A DNA stretch of 64,000 bases. Source: Spirochaetia bacterium. GTDB lineage: Bacteria > Spirochaetota > Spirochaetia > UBA9216. Below, piece after piece: positions 1-9,824 of the stretch (positions are counted from its first letter, which is position 1; each line of letters starts with the position of its first letter). Below the pieces are notes generated by a model. That model was not told the DNA's origin. It did not search any database and was given only the letters and a program-made list of their open reading frames with translations. The stretch spans positions 4,000,001-4,064,000 of the forward strand of contig OY776510.1 of assembly GCA_963675665.1 (NCBI GenBank), read 5' to 3'. The position numbers were made by a program, and so were the translations under genes.

Positions 1-156
1 CGGCTGTGGATTCTGAAAAACAAGACCGCATTTACTGCATTTTACAAAAGGAACAGTACTGTTTTTCCAGACAGTACTGGATTTACCGGCTTTGCATAAA
101 GCACATTCCACGTTTTTGAATTCTTGTTCAGACGGTGTTTTTGAAAAAGTCTTCAT
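1..156 (-). CDS. 5' part of a probable class I SAM-dependent methyltransferase with an N-terminal Zn-binding domain (runs off window)
   Basis: Manual translation from ATG at 156: MKTFSKTPSEQEFKNVECALC...VKCSKCGLVFQNPQP; the CxxC...CxxCGLVFxNPxP motif typically precedes such methyltransferase domains. Confidence 0.65.
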   Translation of the reverse strand, partial: MKTFSKTPSEQEFKNVECALCKAGKSSTVWKNSTVPFVKCSKCGLVFQNPQP

Positions 157-161
157 GGACT

Positions 162-1055
162 CTACTCAATAACTGTCAACTGGAAAGTCCGGCCCGTCTC
201 ATTTCCCGAATAATCGCTGACCAGCAGTTCGAATCTTGAATCGCCCGGCACCAGCGTAGTCTCTCCAAAAGAAATGAAGCCGTTATCCGAATAAAAATCT
301 GAATGACGAAGCTCTGTTTCAGTCTGAACTATAGAATCACCTTCTTCGGACCTGAGCGATTCGAAGTTGACATAAAAAATTTCTTCGCCGTTAAGAAAAA
401 GATGAATCTTGAACGGCGCCATTCTGCTGTAGTATTTATCAGACATGCACGGATCATACACATCGGCAAGAATTGTTGCTTTTCCTGCCTGGATAATCGC
501 CTTCCCGTCAACCTGAGTATAACCGGATTCGTTTTCAACTCCGATTTCCTTAATTACAGGAGCCTTGTTGTCCACAATAGAATTTAAAAGCAGAAGAGGA
601 TTAACAAATTGCTCGAATTCACTGTCTATAACGGAAAAGTACAAATTCGGAGAACCGGGTTCCTCATCGCTTCCGGCCGTACCGAGCACATCAGCGGTTG
701 TTACAGTTTTCAGGCGGCTTATACCATCAGAAAGGGCCAGCCCTGAATAAAGAGTTCTAATCTTTCGGGTGTGTTCAATTACCGCGAACGGACCGAGTCC
801 GCCTGGAAGTTCTGAATACCGGCTTCCGCTGTCGTAGAAAATGACTTCTCCGTCTTCTGAAGGCCTTACCTCAACACCTTCTCCGAGAATTTCGATTCCG
901 CTTCCGAAAGTGTCCCATTTATTCTGGCCGAATGTAGAGGCAACTACCGGTTCGGTAACCGGCCAGTTAAAAGCCTGAACCAATAGAGCCGACAGGGAAA
1001 AAAACAATAATGAAAAGACTATCGACAACCTGTATTTCAATCTTTTACCCCTCAA
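162..1055 (-). CDS. Exported M23/LytM-fold protein, probably catalytically inactive
   Basis: Signal peptide, then WPV..STFG, GIEI, DGEVIF, VIEH..TLYSGL, G.AGS..SPNLYF; Zn-binding His residues absent. Confidence 0.7.
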   Translation of the reverse strand: MRGKRLKYRLSIVFSLLFFSLSALLVQAFNWPVTEPVVASTFGQNKWDTFGSGIEILGEGVEVRPSEDGEVIFYDSGSRYSELPGGLGPFAVIEHTRKIRTLYSGLALSDGISRLKTVTTADVLGTAGSDEEPGSPNLYFSVIDSEFEQFVNPLLLLNSIVDNKAPVIKEIGVENESGYTQVDGKAIIQAGKATILADVYDPCMSDKYYSRMAPFKIHLFLNGEEIFYVNFESLRSEEGDSIVQTETELRHSDFYSDNGFISFGETTLVPGDSRFELLVSDYSGNETGRTFQLTVIE

Positions 1056-2091
1056 TCAAATCATACCTGACGATAATGTTGCCGGAACCTGCAAAAAAAC
1101 ATTTATCGCATGGATAAAAATATAATTCTCCGGGAGGAAAAGGAAAGTCGGCAATCCTGCCTATATCAGATCTGTATACTTTCAGCAGTCCCTGCTCTTC
1201 TCCTTCCGAGACAAGATAGGATATTTTTTTAACACTCGGAAATACAGCTTTTCTGACCGTGCCTGCAATCTGAACTTCTTTTCTGAGGAAAGTGGCTGTA
1301 CTGTATAAATCAATTCCATCAGGATTTTCAACATAAAGAAGTTTTCCGTCATTGCTGTAATCCAGCAGAAGATTTCTTCTGTATTCATTCTTCATGTTCA
1401 TTCTGAAAACAGGTATATACACTTCATTCCGCAACTCAAAACATACAAGCTGTTGGGGATACAATCCGGTAACCGCAGCTACCCTGTTTCCATCCTCAGT
1501 TACAGCACATGCGTACGCCACAGTATACCGGCTGTCGGTTGAGTAATATGTAAAGACCGGTTCCGGCGCACTGTCATACACCGATATACTGCCGTTGAGA
1601 AGACCCAGAACTATCACTCCTTCTCCGGCATCCATTGATGTTATCATCGAACCTGGTGAAAGCGTTAAGAGTAAATCTCCTTCGCTACTGTATTCCTTCA
1701 CAATCAGCCTGTCCGGAGAAATCACAAAAAATCTGTCATCAATAAAAAACGGAAGGCCCTCAGTTTCAATGCTCCCGACAATTCTGCCTGCAACATCCTG
1801 AATTACCAGTTTATCTGAAACACTGGAATAGTTCAGAAAGATATCGTCGGAAACCGCAGCACCATAGAAAATATTCTCCGAATAAAGGATTCTTCCGTTT
1901 CCGGAAAAATAACCGATTCGGGAATCAAGCATAAAAGGAAAAGCTTCTTCGGAATAAACTGCTTCGCTGTTTTCTATCGATGAAACCCAGGACGGAAGAA
2001 ATAAAATCTCCTTGGTTAATTGCTCAGGGAAGAAAATCATATACCCGGTCAAGAGGATAAAAAACAGGATTAAAAAAAATCTTTTTTTCAT
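1045..2091 (-). CDS. Membrane-anchored beta-propeller-like hypothetical protein
   Basis: 348-aa ORF, N-terminal TM segment, repeated short beta-strand blades; overlaps the downstream gene. Confidence 0.6.
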   Translation of the reverse strand: MKKRFFLILFFILLTGYMIFFPEQLTKEILFLPSWVSSIENSEAVYSEEAFPFMLDSRIGYFSGNGRILYSENIFYGAAVSDDIFLNYSSVSDKLVIQDVAGRIVGSIETEGLPFFIDDRFFVISPDRLIVKEYSSEGDLLLTLSPGSMITSMDAGEGVIVLGLLNGSISVYDSAPEPVFTYYSTDSRYTVAYACAVTEDGNRVAAVTGLYPQQLVCFELRNEVYIPVFRMNMKNEYRRNLLLDYSNDGKLLYVENPDGIDLYSTATFLRKEVQIAGTVRKAVFPSVKKISYLVSEGEEQGLLKVYRSDIGRIADFPFPPGELYFYPCDKCFFAGSGNIIVRYDLIEG

Positions 2092-2163
2092 AGCACTCCA
2101 GTCAATTGCATCCTATACTATTACATATGATGCTGTCAAACGGGGCAATATAAGGAGCAAAAA

Positions 2164-2598
2164 ATGAGTAATGATAGATTTGATGCTGAACAATTATTAA
2201 AAGAAGCGGCAAAAGCTTCTGAAATGTCATATTCTCCTTATTCCAATTTCACGGTCGGAGCAGCGCTTCTCTGTACCGACGGCGATATTATTACAGCCGC
2301 CAATGTAGAAAACCGCTCATACGGTCTGACTATCTGCGCTGAACGCAGCGCTATCGTAAAGGCTGTATCACTGGGAAAGACCGGGTTCGCGGCCCTGGCT
2401 GTTTACTGCGGTAAAGCAGACTACCCGGTTTCACCATGCGGCGCCTGCAGACAGGTTATAACAGAATTTTCGGCTCCGGACATGCCGGTTTACTTCAGCG
2501 GCAAAGATACAGGCAACAGAGTTGAAACCACCGCGGGAGAACTTCTCCCTTTTGACGCCCTTAAGGAAATGAAAGAGGGAAAGTATAGCAAAACCTGA
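2164..2598 (+). CDS. cdd: Cytidine deaminase (homotetrameric type)
   Basis: SYSPYSNFTVGAA, NVEN, CAERSA and PCGACRQ motifs; AAGGAG RBS. Confidence 0.95.
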   Translation: MSNDRFDAEQLLKEAAKASEMSYSPYSNFTVGAALLCTDGDIITAANVENRSYGLTICAERSAIVKAVSLGKTGFAALAVYCGKADYPVSPCGACRQVITEFSAPDMPVYFSGKDTGNRVETTAGELLPFDALKEMKEGKYSKT

Positions 2599-2618
2599 CG
2601 CTTTGATTTAAATTTTAT

Positions 2619-3422
2619 TTAAGAAGAAGATTCTTTCTTTTTTGAATCCTGATCCATCTTGGATTTCCAGATATCGATTTTCTTTTTCAGCTCATTGGCT
2701 TCTTCAGGTTCGCCTACGAGCGCATTGAGTCTTCTAAGACTTCCAAGAAAATTAATCGCAAGTTTAAAATCATCTATCCTTAGGGTCGACAGCTCATATT
2801 TTTCCCTGTAGCCGTCGGCAGAAGTCTGAAGAAGCCTCTTTACAAGCTTCAGATGTGCAAACCTCTCCTGGTAGAATTCCGCACGCGGATCAAGTCCGGC
2901 CATCAAAGTTTTCAGATTCAGCAGATTTTTTGCCACTACAGCAAACCGGCCTTCTATCTCTACAAAAGACCATTTCCACTTGGTATTTTCTCCGAATGCG
3001 TCCTTTATCGACTGGATAGAGAATCCGAGCTTCCTGATTAAAGCCCATCTTTTCGCTTCGTTGACAGCAGCTATCTTTTCAAGATGATCTTCGTATTCTG
3101 AAAACGGTACATCAATTAAATTTGAAACAGTATTTTCAAGATTGATAATTGCTTTGTAACAGGTTTTTCTGGCTTCGTTAAGATATGCATCATTCTTTAT
3201 CCCCAGCAATGCAACAGAAAGATTATTCATAAAAACCAGATATGAAACAATATTGAGATTTACATCAGATGCCTGAAGGTGTAACAGACCTGCTTTTTCC
3301 CTGTCGGATCTTGCTTTTGCTGCCAGACCTGCTTCCTTTTTACGCAGCTGCTCAAGTTCATCTTTGTATTCCTTTAATTTCCCAGTGTACTGTTCTTTAG
3401 CCTGCGCACTTATCTTTCCCAA
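2619..3422 (-). CDS. Helical hypothetical protein
   Basis: 267-aa ORF starting 7 nt after the recN stop. Confidence 0.7.
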   Translation of the reverse strand: MGKISAQAKEQYTGKLKEYKDELEQLRKKEAGLAAKARSDREKAGLLHLQASDVNLNIVSYLVFMNNLSVALLGIKNDAYLNEARKTCYKAIINLENTVSNLIDVPFSEYEDHLEKIAAVNEAKRWALIRKLGFSIQSIKDAFGENTKWKWSFVEIEGRFAVVAKNLLNLKTLMAGLDPRAEFYQERFAHLKLVKRLLQTSADGYREKYELSTLRIDDFKLAINFLGSLRRLNALVGEPEEANELKKKIDIWKSKMDQDSKKKESSS

Positions 3423-3429
3423 ATTCCAG

Positions 3430-5127
3430 TCAACCTCCTGCCGATTGAGCCGCTTTGGTCAGAAGCTCCTCGGCATGTTTCAACGACACATCCGCATTCG
3501 TGTCGCCGGATAACATTCTAGCAATTTCTTTAGTCCTTTCTTCGCCGGAGATACTCCGTATTTCAGTAAACGTTCTTCCTTCTTCGGAAATTTTACTTAC
3601 TCTTATATGATTATCGGCACGTACAGCTATTGACGCAAGATGTGTTATACAGAGAATTTGCTTATAACGCGACAATTTATACATATGTTCACCGACTGAT
3701 ACCGCAATCTCGCCTCCGATACCCGAGTCAATTTCATCAAACACCATACAATCAACGGTATCATTTCCTGCAAGCACCGATTTGATTGCGAGCATAACCC
3801 TGGAAATCTCCCCGCCCGATGCAATGTTGCGCAACTTTTTGGGTGGTTCGCCCTGGTTTGGAGAAATCAGAAATTCAACGAAATCAAAACCGTTAGGCCC
3901 GCATGACGGCTTGCCGTTATCGCCGATTTTATTTTCAACAATTATCCTGAATTCCGCTTTGGGCATTCCAAGGGTTTTCAGCTGTCCCTGAATAGCCTTC
4001 TGGAGCCCATCCGCTGCAGCACGACGATTTTTGGACAATTCCGAAGCCTGCTGTAATACCAATCTTTCAAGGTTGCCGATTTTTTCTGTATATCCCGCTT
4101 TTATTTCTTCCTGGTTTTCAACACTACTTACTTTATTCCGGCTGTCTTCAAGAAAACTGAAAATTTCTTCTACTGTATCTCCATACTTCTTTCTTAGTCT
4201 CAGGAGTTCAGAAAGACGTTCTTCACAGGCTGAAAGCTTTTCCGGGCTGAAACTGAAATCGTTCTTGTATTTTTCAATGCCGTCCAGTATGTCTTCAGTT
4301 TCGTAAAATGCATTTTCAAGTCTTCCGTAAGCCTCCTCAAAAGACTGATCGATACTGCTTAACCCTTTCAGAAAACCCAATCCTTTTCGAAGACCGTTTA
4401 AAGCTCCGCCTGTAGATTCGTTCAGACTTGTGTGTACCTGTTCAAAAAGGATGAAAAGTTTTTCTGCCTGTGAAAGCAGCCTGTGCTCATTTTCCAGCTG
4501 TTCAATTTCACCGGGCTTCAGTTCGGCAGCCTCTATCTCTTTCACGGCAAACGCCGCAATATCGGCTTCTCTTAACAGATTACGTTCATCCGAAACAAGT
4601 TTCTGATATTCCTTCTTTAAAATATTAAGGTCAATAAAGTCTGTTTTGAGTTTCTCGGCCGCATTTTTTAAACCGGCAAAACTGTCGAGAAGTTTACGAT
4701 GATTCTCAACAGAAAGCAGAGACTGGTGTTCATGCTGACCGTGAATATCAAACATCAGCGAAGTAAATTCTGCAATATCGTTTTTCGTTGAAGGTATTGA
4801 TTGAATAAATATATTTCCGCGTCCTGATGTTTTAAGGATCCTTCTCAGTATAACCCGGCCTTCATCAGTAACGATTTCATGCTCATCAAGCCATTTAAGC
4901 GCATCCTGATTGCCGGAAACATTTATTACTGCAGACACTTCGGTTTCATCTGCACCGGTCCGGATGACCGAAACATCACCCTTCTCGCCTAAAACAAGAT
5001 TTAACGCACCGATTATTACCGATTTTCCGGCACCGGTTTCCCCGGACAGGATATTGAAACCGCTTCCGAATTCTACAGTCAGCTTATCAGCAAGCGCATA
5101 ATTTTTTATATACAGAACTTCAATCAT
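3430..5127 (-). CDS. recN: DNA repair protein RecN
   Basis: SGETGAGKS Walker A, IHGQHEHQSL, ASGGEISRVML, FDEIDSGIGG, QILCITHL. Confidence 0.97.
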   Translation of the reverse strand: MIEVLYIKNYALADKLTVEFGSGFNILSGETGAGKSVIIGALNLVLGEKGDVSVIRTGADETEVSAVINVSGNQDALKWLDEHEIVTDEGRVILRRILKTSGRGNIFIQSIPSTKNDIAEFTSLMFDIHGQHEHQSLLSVENHRKLLDSFAGLKNAAEKLKTDFIDLNILKKEYQKLVSDERNLLREADIAAFAVKEIEAAELKPGEIEQLENEHRLLSQAEKLFILFEQVHTSLNESTGGALNGLRKGLGFLKGLSSIDQSFEEAYGRLENAFYETEDILDGIEKYKNDFSFSPEKLSACEERLSELLRLRKKYGDTVEEIFSFLEDSRNKVSSVENQEEIKAGYTEKIGNLERLVLQQASELSKNRRAAADGLQKAIQGQLKTLGMPKAEFRIIVENKIGDNGKPSCGPNGFDFVEFLISPNQGEPPKKLRNIASGGEISRVMLAIKSVLAGNDTVDCMVFDEIDSGIGGEIAVSVGEHMYKLSRYKQILCITHLASIAVRADNHIRVSKISEEGRTFTEIRSISGEERTKEIARMLSGDTNADVSLKHAEELLTKAAQSAGG

Positions 5128-5974
5128 CCGGACCTCCGGACCACTTGAGTTTTTTTCTTAATATCTCGTAAAAATTACGTTTGTCCGAGCTGATGATTAA
5201 TGCTTTTTCGGCTGCCTGCTCGAAACAGACGACATCATTCGGCTTGAGGGGAAAAACGGTTTGCCCGTCAACAGTCAGGATAACCTCGGCCCTTTGCTCA
5301 GACTCAATCGAGACCTGAATTTTCTTGTCGGAATGAACAACAATCGGCCGGTTTGAAAGCGTAAACGGGCATATGGGGTTTAAAAGTACAGCATCCATTT
5401 CAGGCTCCAGAAGCGGTCCCCCGGCAGCAGCTGAATACGCGGTGGAACCCGTAGGTGTGGACACTATTATTCCGTCGGCCCGATACCTTCCGAGCAGGGT
5501 GGCATTCAGCTTGACTTCAAGCCGAATCATCTTGGATATTCCGTATGCTGAAATAACCGAATCGTTAAGACAATGGTATTCAGCAACCTCTTTGCCGCCA
5601 CGAATAACCGAAGCCTTAAGCATAAGTCTGCGGCTTAAAGACAGCTTGCCGTCTAGATATTCCTCAAAGGTTTCACGCCATTCGTCCTTGGACACCTCGG
5701 TTATAAAACCAAAATTACCCATATTTACGGCAAGTACCGGGACTTCAAGCTTTGCCAGAGTTCTGGCGGAGAAAAGGACTGTTCCGTCTCCACCGAGAGC
5801 AAAAGCTATATCCGCATCATGTACCTCGGGCTCTATCGGCTCTCCACTGTAACTGAAAACAGTATAGATTATCCCCCTCGAATCGAGATAATCAGTGATT
5901 TCCCCGACAAGTTGCTCTGCTTCAGGTTTGAGCAGATTCACAATTATTACAGCCTTTTTTATATTTATTCCCAT
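5120..5974 (-). CDS. nadK: NAD(+) kinase
   Basis: LGGDGT, GNFGF, LND, DGIIVSTPTGSTAY motifs; conserved nadK-recN adjacency. Confidence 0.95.
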   Translation of the reverse strand: MGINIKKAVIIVNLLKPEAEQLVGEITDYLDSRGIIYTVFSYSGEPIEPEVHDADIAFALGGDGTVLFSARTLAKLEVPVLAVNMGNFGFITEVSKDEWRETFEEYLDGKLSLSRRLMLKASVIRGGKEVAEYHCLNDSVISAYGISKMIRLEVKLNATLLGRYRADGIIVSTPTGSTAYSAAAGGPLLEPEMDAVLLNPICPFTLSNRPIVVHSDKKIQVSIESEQRAEVILTVDGQTVFPLKPNDVVCFEQAAEKALIISSDKRNFYEILRKKLKWSGGPDD

Positions 5975-6007
5975 AATTTCAAAACCAAGCTTAACTCATT
6001 ATTCAGC

Positions 6008-7030
6008 TCAAGGCAATGACGACAATACCCTGGAAATAACAGAAATATTACTTTTACCGAGCATAGGGTATAACGGAAAGTTGACACAGCGCAACAGCAG
6101 GGTCTTGGCATTAGGGCACTGTGTTTGCACTTCATCAGAATATGCCGCGATTGAACCGGAGAAAGCCGGCTCCGTTATGACATTTTTTTTCCTCGCGTAA
6201 GCGGCCACCTCATGTATGCCTGTTTCAAGAACAACCGGGAAACTGTAGTTTACATTTTCAGCGTCACCCTTTTGTATCAGTTTTTTATGTCGCGTTCTCA
6301 TTAATGATTTTGAGAAGATATCGGCTATCTCGCTGCGTCCATCAAGATATTCCTCAAGACTTTTAAGCTGAACAATCCCAAGTGAGGCATTCATATCAGG
6401 AAGAAATACAGTCTGATGCAGATCATCAGTCATTTGAGTCAGTTGCGCAACGTCCTTTCTTGAGGATGCAAGAACAGCGGCGCCGCCGCCTGTTGTAATA
6501 AGGCCGTCCTCATCAAGGTTCAGAACCGTAAATCTGCCGAAAGTACCGGCCTTCTTGCCGTCTGTTTCAGCGCCCAGAGCCATGGAAATATCTTCAATTA
6601 TCAGGAGCCCTGTTTCCATAATTCTCTCCATATCAGGAACAAAGCCCATTTCATAGTTAACGATTATCGCCTTCGCATCTTCCGCCGCCGATTCAACAAG
6701 TTCGATATCTATAAGCGACGTGTCGGGATCGACATCTGCAATCAGGGGTTCAAGACCTGCTTCTTCAAGAACCATGGAGTACAGATTAGGCGCCAGTGCA
6801 GAAACTATAACGGAATCACCCTTTTCCAGCTCAAGCCCGTCAACAGCTGCTTTCACCGCTCTGTAATACTCCTTGAATGCGATACCGCCTTTCAGTCCCA
6901 GATATTCCGAGACATCCTTGATAAATTGTGCTGCGGCTTTTCCGAAGCCTATTCGATCCGAGACCATACAGTTTAATACTGCATCCATCTCTTTCCGTTT
7001 AATTGAGGGTTTAAATACAGATATGTTCAT
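6008..7030 (-). CDS. DegT/DnrJ/EryC1-family aminotransferase-like protein (PLP lysine apparently absent)
   Basis: GDSVIVSA, ADVDPDT, IIED, G.FGRF, ITTGGG, FPLYP features. Confidence 0.8.
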   Translation of the reverse strand: MNISVFKPSIKRKEMDAVLNCMVSDRIGFGKAAAQFIKDVSEYLGLKGGIAFKEYYRAVKAAVDGLELEKGDSVIVSALAPNLYSMVLEEAGLEPLIADVDPDTSLIDIELVESAAEDAKAIIVNYEMGFVPDMERIMETGLLIIEDISMALGAETDGKKAGTFGRFTVLNLDEDGLITTGGGAAVLASSRKDVAQLTQMTDDLHQTVFLPDMNASLGIVQLKSLEEYLDGRSEIADIFSKSLMRTRHKKLIQKGDAENVNYSFPVVLETGIHEVAAYARKKNVITEPAFSGSIAAYSDEVQTQCPNAKTLLLRCVNFPLYPMLGKSNISVISRVLSSLP

Positions 7031-7049
7031 TTATTTAGTATCCTGATGA

Positions 7050-7526
7050 TTAATTGAAATCTCCGAGAGCCTGTAACTCTTTTGGATCAAAAAGCCTGCT
7101 TATATCAAGAATAATCAGGTATCCGTCGTTTTCTTTAACTACACCCTGAATATACTCCGTGCCGATACCCGATATCATCTGCGGCGGAGGCTGGATTTCA
7201 GATTGCTCTATAGTCATTACCCTGGAAACTTTATCGATGTAGACACCGATAAACCTGTCATTAATTTTGATAATCATAAAACCGCTGAGCATCTGATCTT
7301 CTTCGCTCAAATCAGCCTTGCGCAGATGAAACCGCTTATGCAGGCTGATAATAGGGATTATATTCCCTCTGAGATTGAAAATACCCTCGACGTATGCAGG
7401 AGCGTTCGGGATTGTTCTGATTTCCCTGACCTTCTGAATCTCCTTAACATTCATTATATCTATACCGTACAGCTCTTCACCCAGTTGAAATGTAACCAGT
7501 TGAAGTTGTTCATCATGGTCTGCCAT
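7050..7526 (-). CDS. cheW: Chemotaxis coupling protein CheW
   Basis: QLVTFQLGEELYGIDI, IPNAPAYVEGIFNLRGNIIPII; start placed at ATG 7526 after a GGAGG RBS. Confidence 0.95.
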   Translation of the reverse strand: MADHDEQLQLVTFQLGEELYGIDIMNVKEIQKVREIRTIPNAPAYVEGIFNLRGNIIPIISLHKRFHLRKADLSEEDQMLSGFMIIKINDRFIGVYIDKVSRVMTIEQSEIQPPPQMISGIGTEYIQGVVKENDGYLIILDISRLFDPKELQALGDFN

Positions 7527-7661
7527 GCCGCCTCCTGTCTGATAAATAACTCTATTATAATACAATATTATCGAAAAACATCAATGATATAATTCTACTA
7601 ATCTTGCTTCTCGATTGCAACTGAAAAAGCTGATTACCGCCTTGGTAAACGTGGATAAACG

Positions 7662-9800
7662 TTATCTATCTCTTGACGGGCTGTCTTCAACCCATTCCAT
7701 CAGAGTTTTCATTTCTTCAGTATCAGCGGCACGGGCAGCCTCATTTCGGGTCATGTCAAGATAATCAAATTTCCCGGCCAATTCAGGATTGATTTCCCTG
7801 AGTTTGCTGTAATTTTTATTAACAAAACCATAATTCTCAAGTTCATGGTGCGTGCGCGCCAAGCCGAGAAGAACAGCCGGGCTGGAAGGGTTCAGGGCTT
7901 CCGCTTTCCCGTAATAGGATAGAGCGTCTGCCGGTCGCTTTTTTACCAGCATAATATTTCCTGCATTTATAAGAGCGGGAAGATATTCCGAATCAAAAGA
8001 TAAAATTTTCAAAAAATTATATTCTGCCTTATCAGTTAATCCGTAACGCGCATAAAGAGTTCCCAGACTATTAAGCAGCCTTGAGGACTCACCTTCCGAT
8101 GCAATTCTTTCTTCTATTTTATTCACTTTGGGATAAATTTCACTTTCAACAACAGTCTGAAATTCTTTTCCATATGCTTCTTTAACAATTTCGTCATCAG
8201 GTACTGTTATCTGGCCGGCCTGCCCGGGAATTCCAACCGGTTCAAAAACCCGCCATGCTTCATGAGTCGGATAAAGCCTGGCCTCGCCTTCGAACTCAGC
8301 TTCACGCCACTGCCTGCCCCCTTTCTTCCATGCGGAATAAAAACCTCCGGCAAGTTCGGTAATCTCATAAGGAACCCATACAGTGCCGTTGCTGACTATA
8401 AAATCATCACGGCTGCTAAAAACAGCTTCCGCTTCATCCGGGCTTACCCCTGCTTCAAAGGCGATGTAGATATGTCCGGGAACTGTGATAAACGCGGTTT
8501 CGATACCCACTGATTCAAAAAGAGCACAATTCAGAATTGACAGATCATCACAGTCGCCTGCCCGGTATTGCAGAGTCTGCCGGGGGAATTGCAGAAAATC
8601 CAGAACCATTGCGTCTTCAAATGACGGGTTTTGAGTTTCCGGATCTGTGACATAACTTATTCCGTACAATCTCATTATCTCGTTAAGAGCTATTGCGGTT
8701 CTTATGTTCTGACTGATAACTCCGCTGCCGTTCTCACGGGCTATTCCTGCAGCGGTCTTTGCCATGGTCAGAACAACCGGTTCTTTGGAAGTGACAAAAG
8801 CGGCAACCTTTCGATCATCATCCCAGATCGTTGCATTTCTGTTATATATCCTTACCGTTTCGATATACGTTTCCTGATACTCCAGACCGTCGAAATCATA
8901 GTTAAGTACAAGCTCTGCAGAAACCTTTGTCCCCTCGGTGATCTCCAGGATATTATCAGTAAACAGGGCAAAGAGCTCGACCGGTTCTTCTCCCCCCGGT
9001 TCAAGTAATTTAAGCGTGCTGCAGGTCTTGGGATTATCCATATATTTTTTAATAAACAGATTCAGACTGATATTTTCAATCGGTATATCAGTATTATTCG
9101 TCATAATTCCGGATCCGATTGAATGGTCGTCATAATAAGTATAAAATACCGGGAAAATATCAGTAATATTAAAATCATTCAGTACGAGTCTGTTTGATTC
9201 CGCCGCCTGCTGAAGCGGCACAGGTTCGCAGATCACAGGCCCTGATGATTTATCCGTACCTTTTATTTTGATTATTCCAGCCAGAGAAACTGCCGCGCCC
9301 TGATATAAGCCCATATAATTTTTATAACTTCCTTCCAGTCCCAGACTGAACCCGGAGTTAAAAGAAAATATCGTCCCAACGACAGGTTTTATAAACGGGT
9401 TTCCTCCGCCCGGTCCTGTACCGTTATTCAGCATACTGTAAAAATATCCTCCGCAGACTCCGAGATATACCGACAGCCATGAAGCCGGGTCAAGCAGAAT
9501 ACCTGCTTCAGGACCGACAGAAATGGCCGAAACCGCAGTATTCAGCTCAACCGGCAGATAATCATATCCCGCACGAAAACCCGAATAAAGCATCGGAACC
9601 GATCGGAATTTATATTTCATGACCACATCGCATCCAGCCCCTGCTGAAAAGAAATCCGTGTTGTCTTTCCCCAGGGGAAAACCGTATCCCGGGAAAATAC
9701 CGATAGACAGTGACGGTTCAATACTGTCGTCCGCCGGGACTTCTGACAAAACAATGCTGAACATTAAAAGAATAAGCGGCAAGATTTTTTTGATATTCAT
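7662..9800 (-). CDS. Secreted multidomain protein: beta-barrel-like N-terminus, Ig-like domain, transglutaminase-like Cys domain, TPR repeats (paralogue 1)
   Basis: Signal peptide; amphipathic aromatic-rich strands; GDCDDL, PGHIY, WVPYEIT; TPRs such as LNSLGTLYARYG and ALINAGNI. Confidence 0.8.
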   Translation of the reverse strand: MNIKKILPLILLMFSIVLSEVPADDSIEPSLSIGIFPGYGFPLGKDNTDFFSAGAGCDVVMKYKFRSVPMLYSGFRAGYDYLPVELNTAVSAISVGPEAGILLDPASWLSVYLGVCGGYFYSMLNNGTGPGGGNPFIKPVVGTIFSFNSGFSLGLEGSYKNYMGLYQGAAVSLAGIIKIKGTDKSSGPVICEPVPLQQAAESNRLVLNDFNITDIFPVFYTYYDDHSIGSGIMTNNTDIPIENISLNLFIKKYMDNPKTCSTLKLLEPGGEEPVELFALFTDNILEITEGTKVSAELVLNYDFDGLEYQETYIETVRIYNRNATIWDDDRKVAAFVTSKEPVVLTMAKTAAGIARENGSGVISQNIRTAIALNEIMRLYGISYVTDPETQNPSFEDAMVLDFLQFPRQTLQYRAGDCDDLSILNCALFESVGIETAFITVPGHIYIAFEAGVSPDEAEAVFSSRDDFIVSNGTVWVPYEITELAGGFYSAWKKGGRQWREAEFEGEARLYPTHEAWRVFEPVGIPGQAGQITVPDDEIVKEAYGKEFQTVVESEIYPKVNKIEERIASEGESSRLLNSLGTLYARYGLTDKAEYNFLKILSFDSEYLPALINAGNIMLVKKRPADALSYYGKAEALNPSSPAVLLGLARTHHELENYGFVNKNYSKLREINPELAGKFDYLDMTRNEAARAADTEEMKTLMEWVEDSPSRDR

Positions 9801-9824
9801 CTTTATTTATAACCCCTTAGTTGT

